Origin: Promethearchaeota archaeon
GTDB lineage: Archaea > Asgardarchaeota > Lokiarchaeia > Sigyniarchaeales > SOKP01
NCBI GenBank assembly: GCA_019057865.1
Contig: JAHLWP010000013.1
Coordinates: 26,181 to 90,180, forward strand
Reading direction: 5' to 3'
Length of the DNA stretch: 64,000 bases
This document shows positions 11,120 through 21,632 of this stretch, piece after piece. Under the pieces are notes generated by a model. The model was given only the letters and a program-made list of their open reading frames with translations, had not been told where the DNA came from and did not search any database. The position numbers and the translations under genes were made by a program. The stretch's first letter is position 1; the number at the start of each line of letters is the position of its first letter.

Positions 11120-13399
11120 ATGAATAGGCTTAGATTGAATCAAATACTTTTTAAGGTCAAATCCAGAAAGAATTTATTTATTTTCATTCTTTCTTTAATA
11201 TCTTTAGGAATTATCCTTCTTAAGTTAGTTAATATTGATGAAATTATTGGAATATCGGATATGTTCCTGTTGGGTTTCATTTATCAAATAGCAATTGCTT
11301 TTAGTACAATTTTTACCATACTATTCTTACCTACTTATCCCATTTTTTTTATTTTTTTTAAAGAAAAATCTTTTAATTTTTTAGAGAAACTGAGTTTGAC
11401 TATTATTATTAATTCAGTTTTCTATATCTTTACAGGATATATTGGTTATTGGTTTGGAGTTCCTTTAACCGGGACTTTTTTCTTTTGTGCAATAATTATT
11501 TTATTCTTTCCAATAATATTTTATATTATTTACTCTGAATTTAAAAATGGGCCATATAAATTTCTTAGAAGTGAAATATCGTCAATACAAAGTGATCGAA
11601 ATTTAATTAATTTTTCTTTATTTAACTACTTTAAAAAGCTAATTTCTGTTAATGCCCTTTTATTGATAGTTTTTATATTCTTAATCTGCATCTCATATAT
11701 TGTTAAAGTTAGCTATTTTGGAGGGACAGATCCATGGCTCCATGTTCTTAATAGTAGAATAATAACTGACATTAATTATTTACCTTTAGAAGGATATCAT
11801 GGAACTATGGGTTTAAATATATTTGGAGCTGTGATTTATTTTTTTTCGGGAATAAATCATTTGCTAATTCCAAGATATTTTGTTTTTTATACATTTTTTG
11901 TATCCGCCTTAATATTTTATAATATTCTCATGAGAATCTTCAGAAATAGAAACTTAGCAATTTTTGGTGTATTTATATTAGAATTCTCTTCATTAGGTTT
12001 TTCTACTATGATGCTTCAATATTGGCCATCCGGCTCAGCTCTGATCAAATGCCTAGCAATTTTCTTTCTTCTATATGTAAGATTGCAGGATTTTATTCAA
12101 CCCGAACGACCCTCTAAAAACCTTATTTTAAAAGATATATTTTTATTTTACATTCTAATAATCTTAATTTTTATTAGTGCTGTTCTTACGCATGTTGTTA
12201 CATCTATGGTTTTATTAATTTCCTTTTTATGGTTATATTTTGTATATTTTATAAAAGATTATAGACGGGGAGTTGATTTTATATTTCTATGTGGATTAAT
12301 TGGTATATTTTTAATTTTAAACTTATTTGGTATAGGCTCTGGTCATTATTGGTTTTTTATTCCATTTGATTTTCCAATTCAGCTACTTATTTTAGGCGCA
12401 ATCATGGGAGGAATAATAGGAATATTTTTTTTATGGAGGGTACAAAAATCAATTATTTTCACAAAAGGAAGGTATAAATTAATAATAACAGGGAAAAGAA
12501 GTAGATATTATAAGAAAATAGAAGACAAAATAATAATTCCACTAATATTTAGTATAACTATCTCGTTTACTCTTCTTTTTTTAATAGCAAACCTCTTTTG
12601 GTTTAATTTTCATATAGTGAATATCTTTTATGTTGCTGAAATCCTAATTATTAGTTCTTTTGCAATCTGGGGTTTTGTATTATATCAAAAAAAACCAAAA
12701 GGAAAGCCATTGTTTTTATGGTCTATAGGTCTTTTGGTTCTTTTAGCCGCGGGTTTTATTTTTAATATCTTATTTTTAAGCAATATGATTTGGCAGAGAA
12801 TTTTATATTTAATTCCTCCTGCTATTGTGATTGGATTTGTGTCATATATTTATAAACTAATTAAGATTGGTTCCATAAGAGCAATAAAATTGAAAATATT
12901 AATTTTATTTTTAGTATCCTTTTCATTATTTTCCACTTGTTTTTATGATTCTATTGCGTTTGAAGTTTTCAATTTAAAGAGAAGAGATGTATCTAATATC
13001 AGATGGTACTCTCGTTATACTTCTAATAGAAATGTAATTATTTCAGAATTCGGTTGGAGTTATATTTTTAAATATTATGATTATCCATTTGACAATAGAA
13101 GTGAAGCTCTTCTTTATAATGAAACAGATTATTTCTTGAAATATGATATTGATTTATTTCCCCCAGAAAACCATTTTGATGAAAATGGAACAAATATTTT
13201 ACAAGAAATAAAGAGAGAGTATAACACGGATGTTTATATAATATTTGATGGGGTTTATATAATTAATAAAGATTTTGAGTTGTTTGGGCAGTTGACGGAG
13301 GAAGAAGAAGAAATATATTATACTCTGGATTATTTAAATAAGATTTGTTCTTCAATGACTGAGAATGGAGAGGAAACACCTACATTTTGGGTTATTTAA
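11120..13399 (+). CDS. Large polytopic membrane protein (GT-C-like)
   Basis: More than 15 hydrophobic segments, 'GTDPWLH' loop motif, soluble C-terminus; glycan-locus context. Confidence 0.6.
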   Translation: MNRLRLNQILFKVKSRKNLFIFILSLISLGIILLKLVNIDEIIGISDMFLLGFIYQIAIAFSTIFTILFLPTYPIFFIFFKEKSFNFLEKLSLTIIINSVFYIFTGYIGYWFGVPLTGTFFFCAIIILFFPIIFYIIYSEFKNGPYKFLRSEISSIQSDRNLINFSLFNYFKKLISVNALLLIVFIFLICISYIVKVSYFGGTDPWLHVLNSRIITDINYLPLEGYHGTMGLNIFGAVIYFFSGINHLLIPRYFVFYTFFVSALIFYNILMRIFRNRNLAIFGVFILEFSSLGFSTMMLQYWPSGSALIKCLAIFFLLYVRLQDFIQPERPSKNLILKDIFLFYILIILIFISAVLTHVVTSMVLLISFLWLYFVYFIKDYRRGVDFIFLCGLIGIFLILNLFGIGSGHYWFFIPFDFPIQLLILGAIMGGIIGIFFLWRVQKSIIFTKGRYKLIITGKRSRYYKKIEDKIIIPLIFSITISFTLLFLIANLFWFNFHIVNIFYVAEILIISSFAIWGFVLYQKKPKGKPLFLWSIGLLVLLAAGFIFNILFLSNMIWQRILYLIPPAIVIGFVSYIYKLIKIGSIRAIKLKILILFLVSFSLFSTCFYDSIAFEVFNLKRRDVSNIRWYSRYTSNRNVIISEFGWSYIFKYYDYPFDNRSEALLYNETDYFLKYDIDLFPPENHFDENGTNILQEIKREYNTDVYIIFDGVYIINKDFELFGQLTEEEEEIYYTLDYLNKICSSMTENGEETPTFWVI

Positions 13400-14180
13400 T
13401 AAACTCAAAATCATTTGGAAAATAATCTTCAATTTTTTCTTTCAATATTTTTGTTGTGTTACCTTCAATTTTTATTAATTGAGGGATTTTTCCTATTTGC
13501 CCAATTTTACCTTTCCTGTAAATAAAGGCGCCAAATAAACCATCAACATCATTAACAGCATCTAAGCCTTTCTTTATAGATCCTTCAATATCGTTTCCCT
13601 TCACTAAATTTCCGATCGCTGTAGCAGCTCCATCTGCTAAAGTGGCATTTTCTGCAAAAATTGTAACTACATCTGCTTGACCAAGACTAATTGCATGACC
13701 TATTGTTGCAGAACTTGTAGCAATTCCTATGGGGCAATCATGCTTTTTAATTAAAAATCCCAAGTTTAAATTTAATTCATTAAATCCGGCATAAAGTGCT
13801 ATTTTCAAAGGTTTTTCAGATTCAATAGCAATTTCACCACCATTTTCAACAAGTGCGATTTTAACAGGAATAAAATCATTCTCATCCTTAACTTTCATAG
13901 ATTCTATCATTAGATCTGCAAAAGCTCCTGCTACTGTTGCCATAGGTCCTACATTGCAGATACCCGCTGCATTTGCCATCAGATTAATAATTTTTAAATC
14001 AGTTATAACCTTTACTGGAGAAAAAGAAATAAGAAAATCATTATTTTCTAATAAGAATTTTTCTAAATTATTTCTATGATAATAAAACGCTTCTTTTGCT
14101 CTTAATATCGCATTTTTCGATTCTGAAATAATTGTTATATCAGACTCTTTTTCCGTAAAATGAGATCTAAATATTTTCAA
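13392..14180 (-). CDS. UPF0280/ApbE-like protein
   Basis: VGPMATVAGAFAD, VENGGEI, ATSSATIGHAISLGQAD, ADGAATAIGN. Confidence 0.85.
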   Translation of the reverse strand: MKIFRSHFTEKESDITIISESKNAILRAKEAFYYHRNNLEKFLLENNDFLISFSPVKVITDLKIINLMANAAGICNVGPMATVAGAFADLMIESMKVKDENDFIPVKIALVENGGEIAIESEKPLKIALYAGFNELNLNLGFLIKKHDCPIGIATSSATIGHAISLGQADVVTIFAENATLADGAATAIGNLVKGNDIEGSIKKGLDAVNDVDGLFGAFIYRKGKIGQIGKIPQLIKIEGNTTKILKEKIEDYFPNDFEFIK

Positions 14181-14290
14181 TCTAATATGCTATTGAGTTT
14201 GATTAAAATCTTATTTTATAGAGCTTTATTTTTAAATAAATATAAATAAATAATTTTACATTATTTATTAAAAAACAACATCTCTTAATA

Positions 14291-14782
14291 ATGATTCAAA
14301 TTAATTACGAGGAAATTATCTCTCAACTTAAATCTGATTTAAAAGCTGAATGTGCTATAGCAAATAAGTATGGAATAGTGTTAGATTCTTTAATTAAAGA
14401 ATTTGCTAAAGGAAAAGTCATTCCACAAAAAATCATTTCTTTAATTGCAAGTTCTAAAGAAATTGCTAATGAGTTAAAGTTAAACCGAATCAATTCATTT
14501 ACTCTAGAAGCCCAGAAGTATAATTATTTATTTTCTTTCAGTGAAGAATTAATTTTAATATCAAAACTAGATTTAAATGTAAATTTAGCAAAGTTTATGC
14601 CAAGTATCAGTGTATTTTTAAAAAAATTAAGTGAAAGCTCTAAAGAGAAAGAAATTAAAAAATTTACAGTTTTCGATTTTTCCAAAGAAATCTCAAAAAT
14701 CGAAGAGACATTAAAAAGAGAACAAATTAAACAAGATAAATATTCAATTATTAAAGATCTAGTAAAACTTATTTCCGATTGA
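14291..14782 (+). CDS. Roadblock/LAMTOR-like protein
   Basis: Helix, then 'CAIANKYGIVLDS' beta hairpin pattern; directly upstream of a GTPase. Confidence 0.55.
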   Translation: MIQINYEEIISQLKSDLKAECAIANKYGIVLDSLIKEFAKGKVIPQKIISLIASSKEIANELKLNRINSFTLEAQKYNYLFSFSEELILISKLDLNVNLAKFMPSISVFLKKLSESSKEKEIKKFTVFDFSKEISKIEETLKREQIKQDKYSIIKDLVKLISD

Positions 14783-14822
14783 TCCTTATAAAATTATAAT
14801 TTAATTATTTTGGTGAATTGCT

Positions 14823-16967
14823 ATTTTAAGACAAGTATACATATATAAAGGTAATGAACTTTTATATTACAGACATTTTGGTAAAGCTTTAAAAGAAGAA
14901 ATTTTTAATACACTTGTTTCAGAAATCATGGATGATGCTTTCGGTAGAGGAGGAAACAAGATTCAATATCATGATTATTTCAAATTTAGGGTATCTTATA
15001 TAACTGAAAAGGATTTGGAATTAATTTTTCTGTTTGTCACTGGTTTAACTGATAATTTTGACAATATAAAGAAAGAATTAATAAGATGTAAAAAAGAATT
15101 CTTAAACCTATTTGAAGATATTTTACAACATAGATTTGATGCTAAAACCTTCGAAGTTTTTGATCCAACAATAGATTCTATTCATAGAAATTTAAGACCT
15201 AAAATTTCTCTTATTGGCTTTTCTGGGGTTGGAAAAACAACAATTACAAGATTGATAAAAGCAGAAGAAATTCCTATGCAACACATACCAACTATAACAG
15301 GAGATATCGCTACAATAAAAATTGGCAAATTATATTTTCATCTTTGGGATTTTGCTGGACAAGAACAATTTAGTTACCTTTGGAATAATTTTATTAAAGG
15401 AAGTGACGCTGTACTATTAGTAACTGATTCTACATTAGAAAATGTAGAAAAAAGCAAATTCTTCTTAGAATTAATTAAAGAACAAGCCCCACATGCCCAT
15501 ACTGCTGTAATAGGAAATAAGCAGGATTTAGATGATGCTATAAATCCCTCACAAATGGAAAAAATTCTTAACTTAAAGTCATATTCCATGATTGCTAAGG
15601 ATAGTAGTAATCGAGATAAAATGATCCAAATTATAGCAGATATTTTAGATATGAGTGCTGAGATTTCACCTTTATTAAAACCACTTCTAGAAAGAGATAA
15701 ATTAACAGAGGATGCCGTTAAAGCATTAGAATCTGCTGATTTCGATAAAGCAGCATTTCTATTTGAGAAAATAAGTGATCTATGTATTGATTTAGGAGAT
15801 GACTCACTAGGAAGAGAATTTTTTGAAAAAGCACAAAAGATTAAATCTATGCTACAAAAGGTAGGCGCACCACAACCTACACCAGCAACACCACTAGAGA
15901 CTGATACTCCTAGAAAACCAGCAATTACACCGAAGCCAGAAGCCCCCAAACCACCAATAACACCACCCCCTAAGAAGCCAGATGCACCTATACCACCAGT
16001 AATACCACCCTCTAAGAAGCCAGAAGTACCAAAACCTCCTATTACACCATCTCCTAAGAAACCAGAAGCACCTAAACCACCAATAACACCACCCCCTAAG
16101 AAGCCAGAAGTACCAAAACCTCCTATTACACCACCTCCTAAGAAGCCAGAAGTACCAAAACCTCCTATTACACCATCTCCTAAGAAGCCAGAAGTACCAA
16201 AACCTCCTATTACACCATCTCCTAAGAAACCAGAAGCACCTAAACCACCTATTACACCACCTGCTGGAATGACAGCAGAGCCTAAACCAGCATTCATTCC
16301 TCCTAAAAAGCAAAAAGCACCTAAAATTGCACAAGAGGATATGGGTTTAAAATTAGACCCAAAAGATTTTATGATTAAACAAAGACCAAAGTCAGTAGAA
16401 TTTGTACCTGAAGATGTAAAAACTAAATTAAAGACGGCTCCATATGGGCATGTTAAAAATGTAGAGCCGCCTAAGGCACCAGTATCTGTTTCACCAACTC
16501 AATTATTTAAAGAAAAACCAAAGACTAGACCAACTAGAGTTCCAAGTGCTACTGCTCCTAAAATCGCTCAAAAACCTATAAAAGTAAAAAAACCCGTAAT
16601 GCCACCAGAAATTCCTAAAACAAGTGTTCAAAAACAGACTCAAGTACCAATAATATCTAACCAGCAATTAGAACCATCAAAAATTACTAAATCAGATGTT
16701 CCCGAAACACCTCCTCAGAAAATTTTAGAAACTCCACAACTTGCTCCAATTATGGATAATAAACAAAAAGGAAACTTGAAGAAGACCTTATTAGATTTAA
16801 AGATAAAAAAGGCAAACGTTTCTAAGATATCCTTAGATTTTGAAATAAAAGAACTTACAGGAGAAATTACTGCTGATGAACTCAAGGAAAAGAAAAGCAA
16901 ATTAGTTCTTTTAGAAAAGAAAATCGATGATGAAATTCAAGAATTACAAAAACTTTTAAATAATTAG
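14823..16967 (+). CDS. Longin-like domain + Arf-like small GTPase + Pro-rich repeats + C-terminal coiled coil
   Basis: GFSGVGKT, HIPTI, WDFAGQ, NKQD. The frame is open upstream of ATG 14928 to ATT 14823 (LRQVYIYKGNELLYYRHFG), 6 nt after GGTGA. Confidence 0.85.
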   Translation: MLRQVYIYKGNELLYYRHFGKALKEEIFNTLVSEIMDDAFGRGGNKIQYHDYFKFRVSYITEKDLELIFLFVTGLTDNFDNIKKELIRCKKEFLNLFEDILQHRFDAKTFEVFDPTIDSIHRNLRPKISLIGFSGVGKTTITRLIKAEEIPMQHIPTITGDIATIKIGKLYFHLWDFAGQEQFSYLWNNFIKGSDAVLLVTDSTLENVEKSKFFLELIKEQAPHAHTAVIGNKQDLDDAINPSQMEKILNLKSYSMIAKDSSNRDKMIQIIADILDMSAEISPLLKPLLERDKLTEDAVKALESADFDKAAFLFEKISDLCIDLGDDSLGREFFEKAQKIKSMLQKVGAPQPTPATPLETDTPRKPAITPKPEAPKPPITPPPKKPDAPIPPVIPPSKKPEVPKPPITPSPKKPEAPKPPITPPPKKPEVPKPPITPPPKKPEVPKPPITPSPKKPEVPKPPITPSPKKPEAPKPPITPPAGMTAEPKPAFIPPKKQKAPKIAQEDMGLKLDPKDFMIKQRPKSVEFVPEDVKTKLKTAPYGHVKNVEPPKAPVSVSPTQLFKEKPKTRPTRVPSATAPKIAQKPIKVKKPVMPPEIPKTSVQKQTQVPIISNQQLEPSKITKSDVPETPPQKILETPQLAPIMDNKQKGNLKKTLLDLKIKKANVSKISLDFEIKELTGEITADELKEKKSKLVLLEKKIDDEIQELQKLLNN
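15930..16262 (+). repeat. 42-bp coding tandem repeat, about 8 copies (KKPEVPKPPITPxP)
   Basis: Near-identical aagaagccagaagtaccaaaacctcctattacacca units. Confidence 0.95.
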
Positions 16968-17203
16968 GCCACTTCTTTATTATTTTGCTTATTAGCAACT
17001 GGATTATGGATTCCATTATTTTTCACTTCTAAGAAAGCACTAATCAAATTAATATCAAACAATCAGATTTTAAAGATAAAATTAATTAATCTTATTTCTT
17101 AATTTTATTTAAATTTAGAATATTACTCAATAAAGTATAATTAATATTCATACTTTAGAATAATAATACTTAATAGAGAATCGATCTATTCGGAATTTTT
17201 AAC

Positions 17204-18631
17204 ATGACAATTGTTATTATGAAGTTTGGGGGTTCCTGTTTAATTGATAGACATACTTTTAAAAAAATTCTTAAGATTACTGACATTTATAACAACTCAA
17301 AAAAAATATTTGTTGTTTCAGCATTTTCAGGGATAACCGATTTACTTCAGAAAACAGCTCAGAATTTGGAAGATCCTATAGAAGTGGATAAAAATGTAGC
17401 TTTGATCGAAAAAAAACATATAGATATAGTTGAGCAAATATTTTCAGAAGATTCTGAACATTACATTAAAGTTAAAGAATGGATTGATGATAAATTAAGT
17501 GAGTTAGAGGATGCTTTTGCTGATATAAGAGAATTTGGTTTAGAACCTTATTATAAAGATTATGTTTTAAGCTTTGGTGAATTCTTCTCAACATATATAC
17601 TCAATCAATATCTCTTAAGTAATGGGATTGATTCAGTATTCATACCAGCAAATAAAATTATTATAACAAATGATGAATTTAATAATGCCTACCCCCTATA
17701 TGAATTAACAAATTCACGAATTAAAAGGTTATTAATTCCTTTGTTAGAGAATCCGAGAAAAGATACTATTATCTGTTTAACAGGTTTTATTGGTAGAAAT
17801 AAAATAGGGTATATTACAACCTTAGGTAGAGGTGGATCAGATTATACAGCAACTATTATAGCACATTCACTTTATGAAATGGGAAACGATAAGGATATTA
17901 AAGTTATTTTATGGAAAGATGTTGATGGTTTAATGGCAATAAACCCAAAATTTACACCCGAATCCTCACTAATTAGAAATTTAGATTACAATGAAGCAAA
18001 ACATATCGCAAATTTTGGTGCTAAAATTCTCCACCCAAAATGCTTAGAAGCCATAGAAAAAAGTAAAATCCCTTTAGAAATCAGAAATTTTGATAAACCA
18101 TTAGAAAAAGTTGATTTTACTAAAATTTCTGAATACTCAGATAAAGACCAAATAAAAGGACTTTCTGCTGTGGAAGATGTTGTTGTAATAACCATTTCTT
18201 CCGGAAGTTTAGTTGATGTTCCAGGAGTTTTAGCTAAAATTTTTAAAGTAATGAGTAAAAATAATATTAGTGTATCATTAGTTGCCCAAAGTGCTTCAGA
18301 AATTAGTACTTCATTTATAGTAAAAAGAGAGGATTCAAAAAAAGCAATTGATGCTTTAAATAAATCTGAATACTTCTCAAATTTTTTTGAAATTAATTTT
18401 GAAGATGTTGCTGTTATAAATATCACAGGTACAAAAATTTTAGAAAATATCACTAAAGCTTTAATTTTTCAAGCTTTAGATAAGAAAAATATTCATGTTA
18501 AAGCTTTAACTCAAAGTACTGAAGATTTAAGTCTTTCTATAGTTGTAGAAAAAGAAAATCTAATAGACGCGATTAATTTAATACACGATGATCTTTATGA
18601 AATTTTAGACACAACTAGATTTGAAGATTAA
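17204..18631 (+). CDS. lysC: Aspartate kinase
   Basis: MKFGGS, VVSA, TTLGRGGSDYTA, WKDVDG, GAKILHP, ACT domains. Confidence 0.93.
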   Translation: MTIVIMKFGGSCLIDRHTFKKILKITDIYNNSKKIFVVSAFSGITDLLQKTAQNLEDPIEVDKNVALIEKKHIDIVEQIFSEDSEHYIKVKEWIDDKLSELEDAFADIREFGLEPYYKDYVLSFGEFFSTYILNQYLLSNGIDSVFIPANKIIITNDEFNNAYPLYELTNSRIKRLLIPLLENPRKDTIICLTGFIGRNKIGYITTLGRGGSDYTATIIAHSLYEMGNDKDIKVILWKDVDGLMAINPKFTPESSLIRNLDYNEAKHIANFGAKILHPKCLEAIEKSKIPLEIRNFDKPLEKVDFTKISEYSDKDQIKGLSAVEDVVVITISSGSLVDVPGVLAKIFKVMSKNNISVSLVAQSASEISTSFIVKREDSKKAIDALNKSEYFSNFFEINFEDVAVINITGTKILENITKALIFQALDKKNIHVKALTQSTEDLSLSIVVEKENLIDAINLIHDDLYEILDTTRFED

Positions 18632-18763
18632 TCAATGATTTTTAATTTTTTATCTAAACGTCTATATCTTAATAAATTCTATTGTAAAGAGGGATTTAAT
18701 TAGATCCCGAAGTAATTTATAGTTATTTTTAAAATTATTTTAGTAAGAAAAAGATTAAATCAA

Positions 18764-19294
18764 TTAATGAGTTCTGGAATCAATAATTCGACCAGTAAGT
18801 TCAGTAAATGCCTCATCTACACTTACACCTGTTTTTGCCGAAGTTTCTATATAAATACTACCCTCATTTTCGGCAAATGATCTTGCATCATTACGATCAA
18901 TGACTATTCCTACATCTTCAACCAAATCAGCTTTATTTCCAATTAATACAAAGGGGATATTCTCTCCTGCAAATTGACGGATTTCTGTGAGCCATTTTCT
19001 AGTTTCTGTATATGTTTGTTCCCTTGTTAAATCAAATACTAATAATGCCCCCGCGGCTCCTTTATAAAATGTGCTACGTATAAATTCAAACCTTTGTTGT
19101 CCACCTATATCCCAAATGCTTAATGTAGCAATTTCTCCTTGTCGAAACTCAACATCTTTAGTTAAAATATCAACACCGACAGTTAATTTATAATTTGCTT
19201 GAAACCTATTCTTTATAAAGCGCTGAACGAGTGATGTTTTACCTACAGCCGCGGCACCAGTTAATAGAACTTTTAGCTTAAAACTTGACATCAC
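18764..19294 (-). CDS. Rab-like small GTPase
   Basis: GAAAVGKT, TVGVD, WDIGGQQRF, FYKGA, NKAD, ETSAK; no C-terminal Cys. Confidence 0.92.
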   Translation of the reverse strand: MMSSFKLKVLLTGAAAVGKTSLVQRFIKNRFQANYKLTVGVDILTKDVEFRQGEIATLSIWDIGGQQRFEFIRSTFYKGAAGALLVFDLTREQTYTETRKWLTEIRQFAGENIPFVLIGNKADLVEDVGIVIDRNDARSFAENEGSIYIETSAKTGVSVDEAFTELTGRIIDSRTH

Positions 19295-19484
19295 TGATCA
19301 CAATTATTTATATTGATATTTTTAATTTTGTATATAAATTATTATTGTAAATGATATTTAAGAATTTATTTAATTTTATTACACAAATTAAATTAAAGAT
19401 TAAATAAATTAAAAATTTAAATACTTTTACATAAAGTAAAATGGAATTCTAATCATTAAAATGAGTTAATTAGGTGATTTGATT

Positions 19485-21425
19485 TCATCTTTTTGGAATG
19501 TTATTATATTCTTTCAGAGTAGGGAAAAGTTCAAGAGTAAAGTGAGGAAAGTACATGGCATTTGTAAATTCTTTTTGAAATTCTTCTTTTGTAGCGATTT
19601 CAATATATTGGATTTTTTTTAATAATTTTTTAACCTTTTCTCTTAAATCTTTGTTCAATAAGAGGGATTGAGCGCCAGTTCCAGCAGCATTCCCGATTTG
19701 AAAAATATTTTCATCTGAAATATCTGGAATCATTCCAATAAATTTTGCATTATATTTATTAATATAATTACCAAAAGCACCCGCCAAAAATACTCGTTTT
19801 ATTTCTAGTTTAGTATCTAAATGCTTTAATATAAGTCTAGTACCAGAATAAAAGGCTGCTTTTGCCATTTGTATTTGCCTTATGTCATTCTGAGATATTT
19901 TGATTTCTTTTCCAATAGAGGTTTCTTCTCTTTTAGCTATTATGAACTCAATATTATTATTTCTTTTAAGAATTCTCTCTTGATCAATGAATTCTTTGTT
20001 AAAATTACCACTCCTTGTAAGAATTTTTGATCTTAACATCTCTGCTATAGCATCAACTAAACCAGAACCACAAATACCAATTGGCTTTTTATTTTTAATT
20101 GTGCTGTAGGAAACATCAAAATTTTGAGGATCGATTTTTATAGTATCTATAGCTCCAGCAGCAGCTCTCATTCCATCACTAATATGTGCTCCTTCTAAAG
20201 CAGAGCCAGCTGCACACGACCCTGTTGCTAAGAATTTACGATTTCCTAAAATAATTTCCCCATTGGTTCCTATATCAATAGCTAAAGTAAGATCTTTCTG
20301 TGAGTTGATATTTGATGAAAGTATTACACCAACGGTGTCTGCTCCAATAAATCCTGCAATTATTGGTACTGTATATACATATCCGTTTTTAAATATTTTT
20401 AAATTTAAAGTTCTGGCCTTTATATTCATCCCTTTTTGAATCACAGGGATATAAGGACTCAATCCAATATTTATTGGATCCAAATTTAAAAAAATATGGT
20501 GCATAACTGAGTTCCCAACAATGGTAGCTTCATAAATCTGGGAAGATTTAATTTTACTCTTTTCACAAACTTTTGAAATGATATTATTTAAGTCATTTAA
20601 AACAGCTAAATTTAACTTTTGTAGCCCATTTTCATCATTTTTAATAAAAGAAAGACGTGTGATTACATCTTCTCCATAAGCTGTTTGGCTATTTAGTTTT
20701 GAAGCTAATGAATAGACTTTTCCATTATCTAGATTGATTAAATATCCTACAATTGTAGTTGTTCCAATATCAAATGCAATGCCATAGTTATTTTCTGTTG
20801 TGTCACTAGGTTCACATTCTATAATCTCATTATCATTCCATAAAGTTAGAGTAATTTTATGGTTATTCTCTCTTAAAATATTAGGTAGTTTATTTATTAA
20901 ATTAAAATCAATTTCAATTTGATCTTCTTTAATAGTATTATCTTTAGCAATTATTTCAGCAATTACCCTTTCAAAATCAGGAATAGGCTCATCTAATGTT
21001 GGTTTTTTAATATCGAGGAAAAATTTCTTTATTGCTGGATTTAAGATAGTTTCTTTCCTAATTCCAAAAGTTAGAATATTGAAATCTTCAAATAATAGTT
21101 CACTAGGTAAGAAAATACGAAATTGAGGCGGTTTAAGCTCTTGTAACATATCTATATATTTATCATTAATTTTAGTTTGACATGCTAATCTATATCCACT
21201 TTCAAGATCTTCGTTGCTTAAAAATTTCTTTTCTGCGTTAGTTATTTGATTTAAACACTCACTGCCTTTCTGAATTAAGACTTTACATTTTCCACATGTA
21301 CCTAAGCCACCACATATGGATCTAATTGGCAAATTTAATTTCAATAAAAGGTCATATATTGGCTTATCATCCAAATAGTGAATTCTTCTGGAAATGGGTT
21401 CAAAATTAATAATTATTTTATTAAT
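19485..21425 (-). CDS. ASKHA-type ATP-dependent corrinoid reductive activator (RACo/RamA-like) with N-terminal 2Fe-2S domain
   Basis: CGGLGTCGKC...RLACQ, DIGTTT, DIGTNGE, GICGSG, LAGAFG. Frame extends to ATT 21425 (NKIIINFEP) after GGGAGA. Confidence 0.9.
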   Translation of the reverse strand: MNKIIINFEPISRRIHYLDDKPIYDLLLKLNLPIRSICGGLGTCGKCKVLIQKGSECLNQITNAEKKFLSNEDLESGYRLACQTKINDKYIDMLQELKPPQFRIFLPSELLFEDFNILTFGIRKETILNPAIKKFFLDIKKPTLDEPIPDFERVIAEIIAKDNTIKEDQIEIDFNLINKLPNILRENNHKITLTLWNDNEIIECEPSDTTENNYGIAFDIGTTTIVGYLINLDNGKVYSLASKLNSQTAYGEDVITRLSFIKNDENGLQKLNLAVLNDLNNIISKVCEKSKIKSSQIYEATIVGNSVMHHIFLNLDPINIGLSPYIPVIQKGMNIKARTLNLKIFKNGYVYTVPIIAGFIGADTVGVILSSNINSQKDLTLAIDIGTNGEIILGNRKFLATGSCAAGSALEGAHISDGMRAAAGAIDTIKIDPQNFDVSYSTIKNKKPIGICGSGLVDAIAEMLRSKILTRSGNFNKEFIDQERILKRNNNIEFIIAKREETSIGKEIKISQNDIRQIQMAKAAFYSGTRLILKHLDTKLEIKRVFLAGAFGNYINKYNAKFIGMIPDISDENIFQIGNAAGTGAQSLLLNKDLREKVKKLLKKIQYIEIATKEEFQKEFTNAMYFPHFTLELFPTLKEYNNIPKR

Positions 21426-21632
21426 GCTTTTCTCCCTTTCTTATTAGTTTATGAAATTATAAATGAGATAAATTCTCTCGGAAATTTAAGAACCTTTATC
21501 GTTTTTAATTATCTATAGTTAAAATAATTATAACAATATAAAAAGTTTAATTACTTAGTTTAACGTAATAAAAAAGATTGTTTATCAAAATAGATTATTT
21601 TTTAAATTAAGTATAAAAGGATTAATATTAAA

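Noticed and set aside
15930-16262. Possible CRISPR array
   Set aside because: Contiguous in-frame 42-bp coding repeats with no unique spacers and no cas genes.
15374-16334. Gly-rich 307-aa and Trp/Arg-rich 146-aa minus-strand ORFs
   Set aside because: Antisense shadows of the Pro-rich tandem repeat in the GTPase gene.
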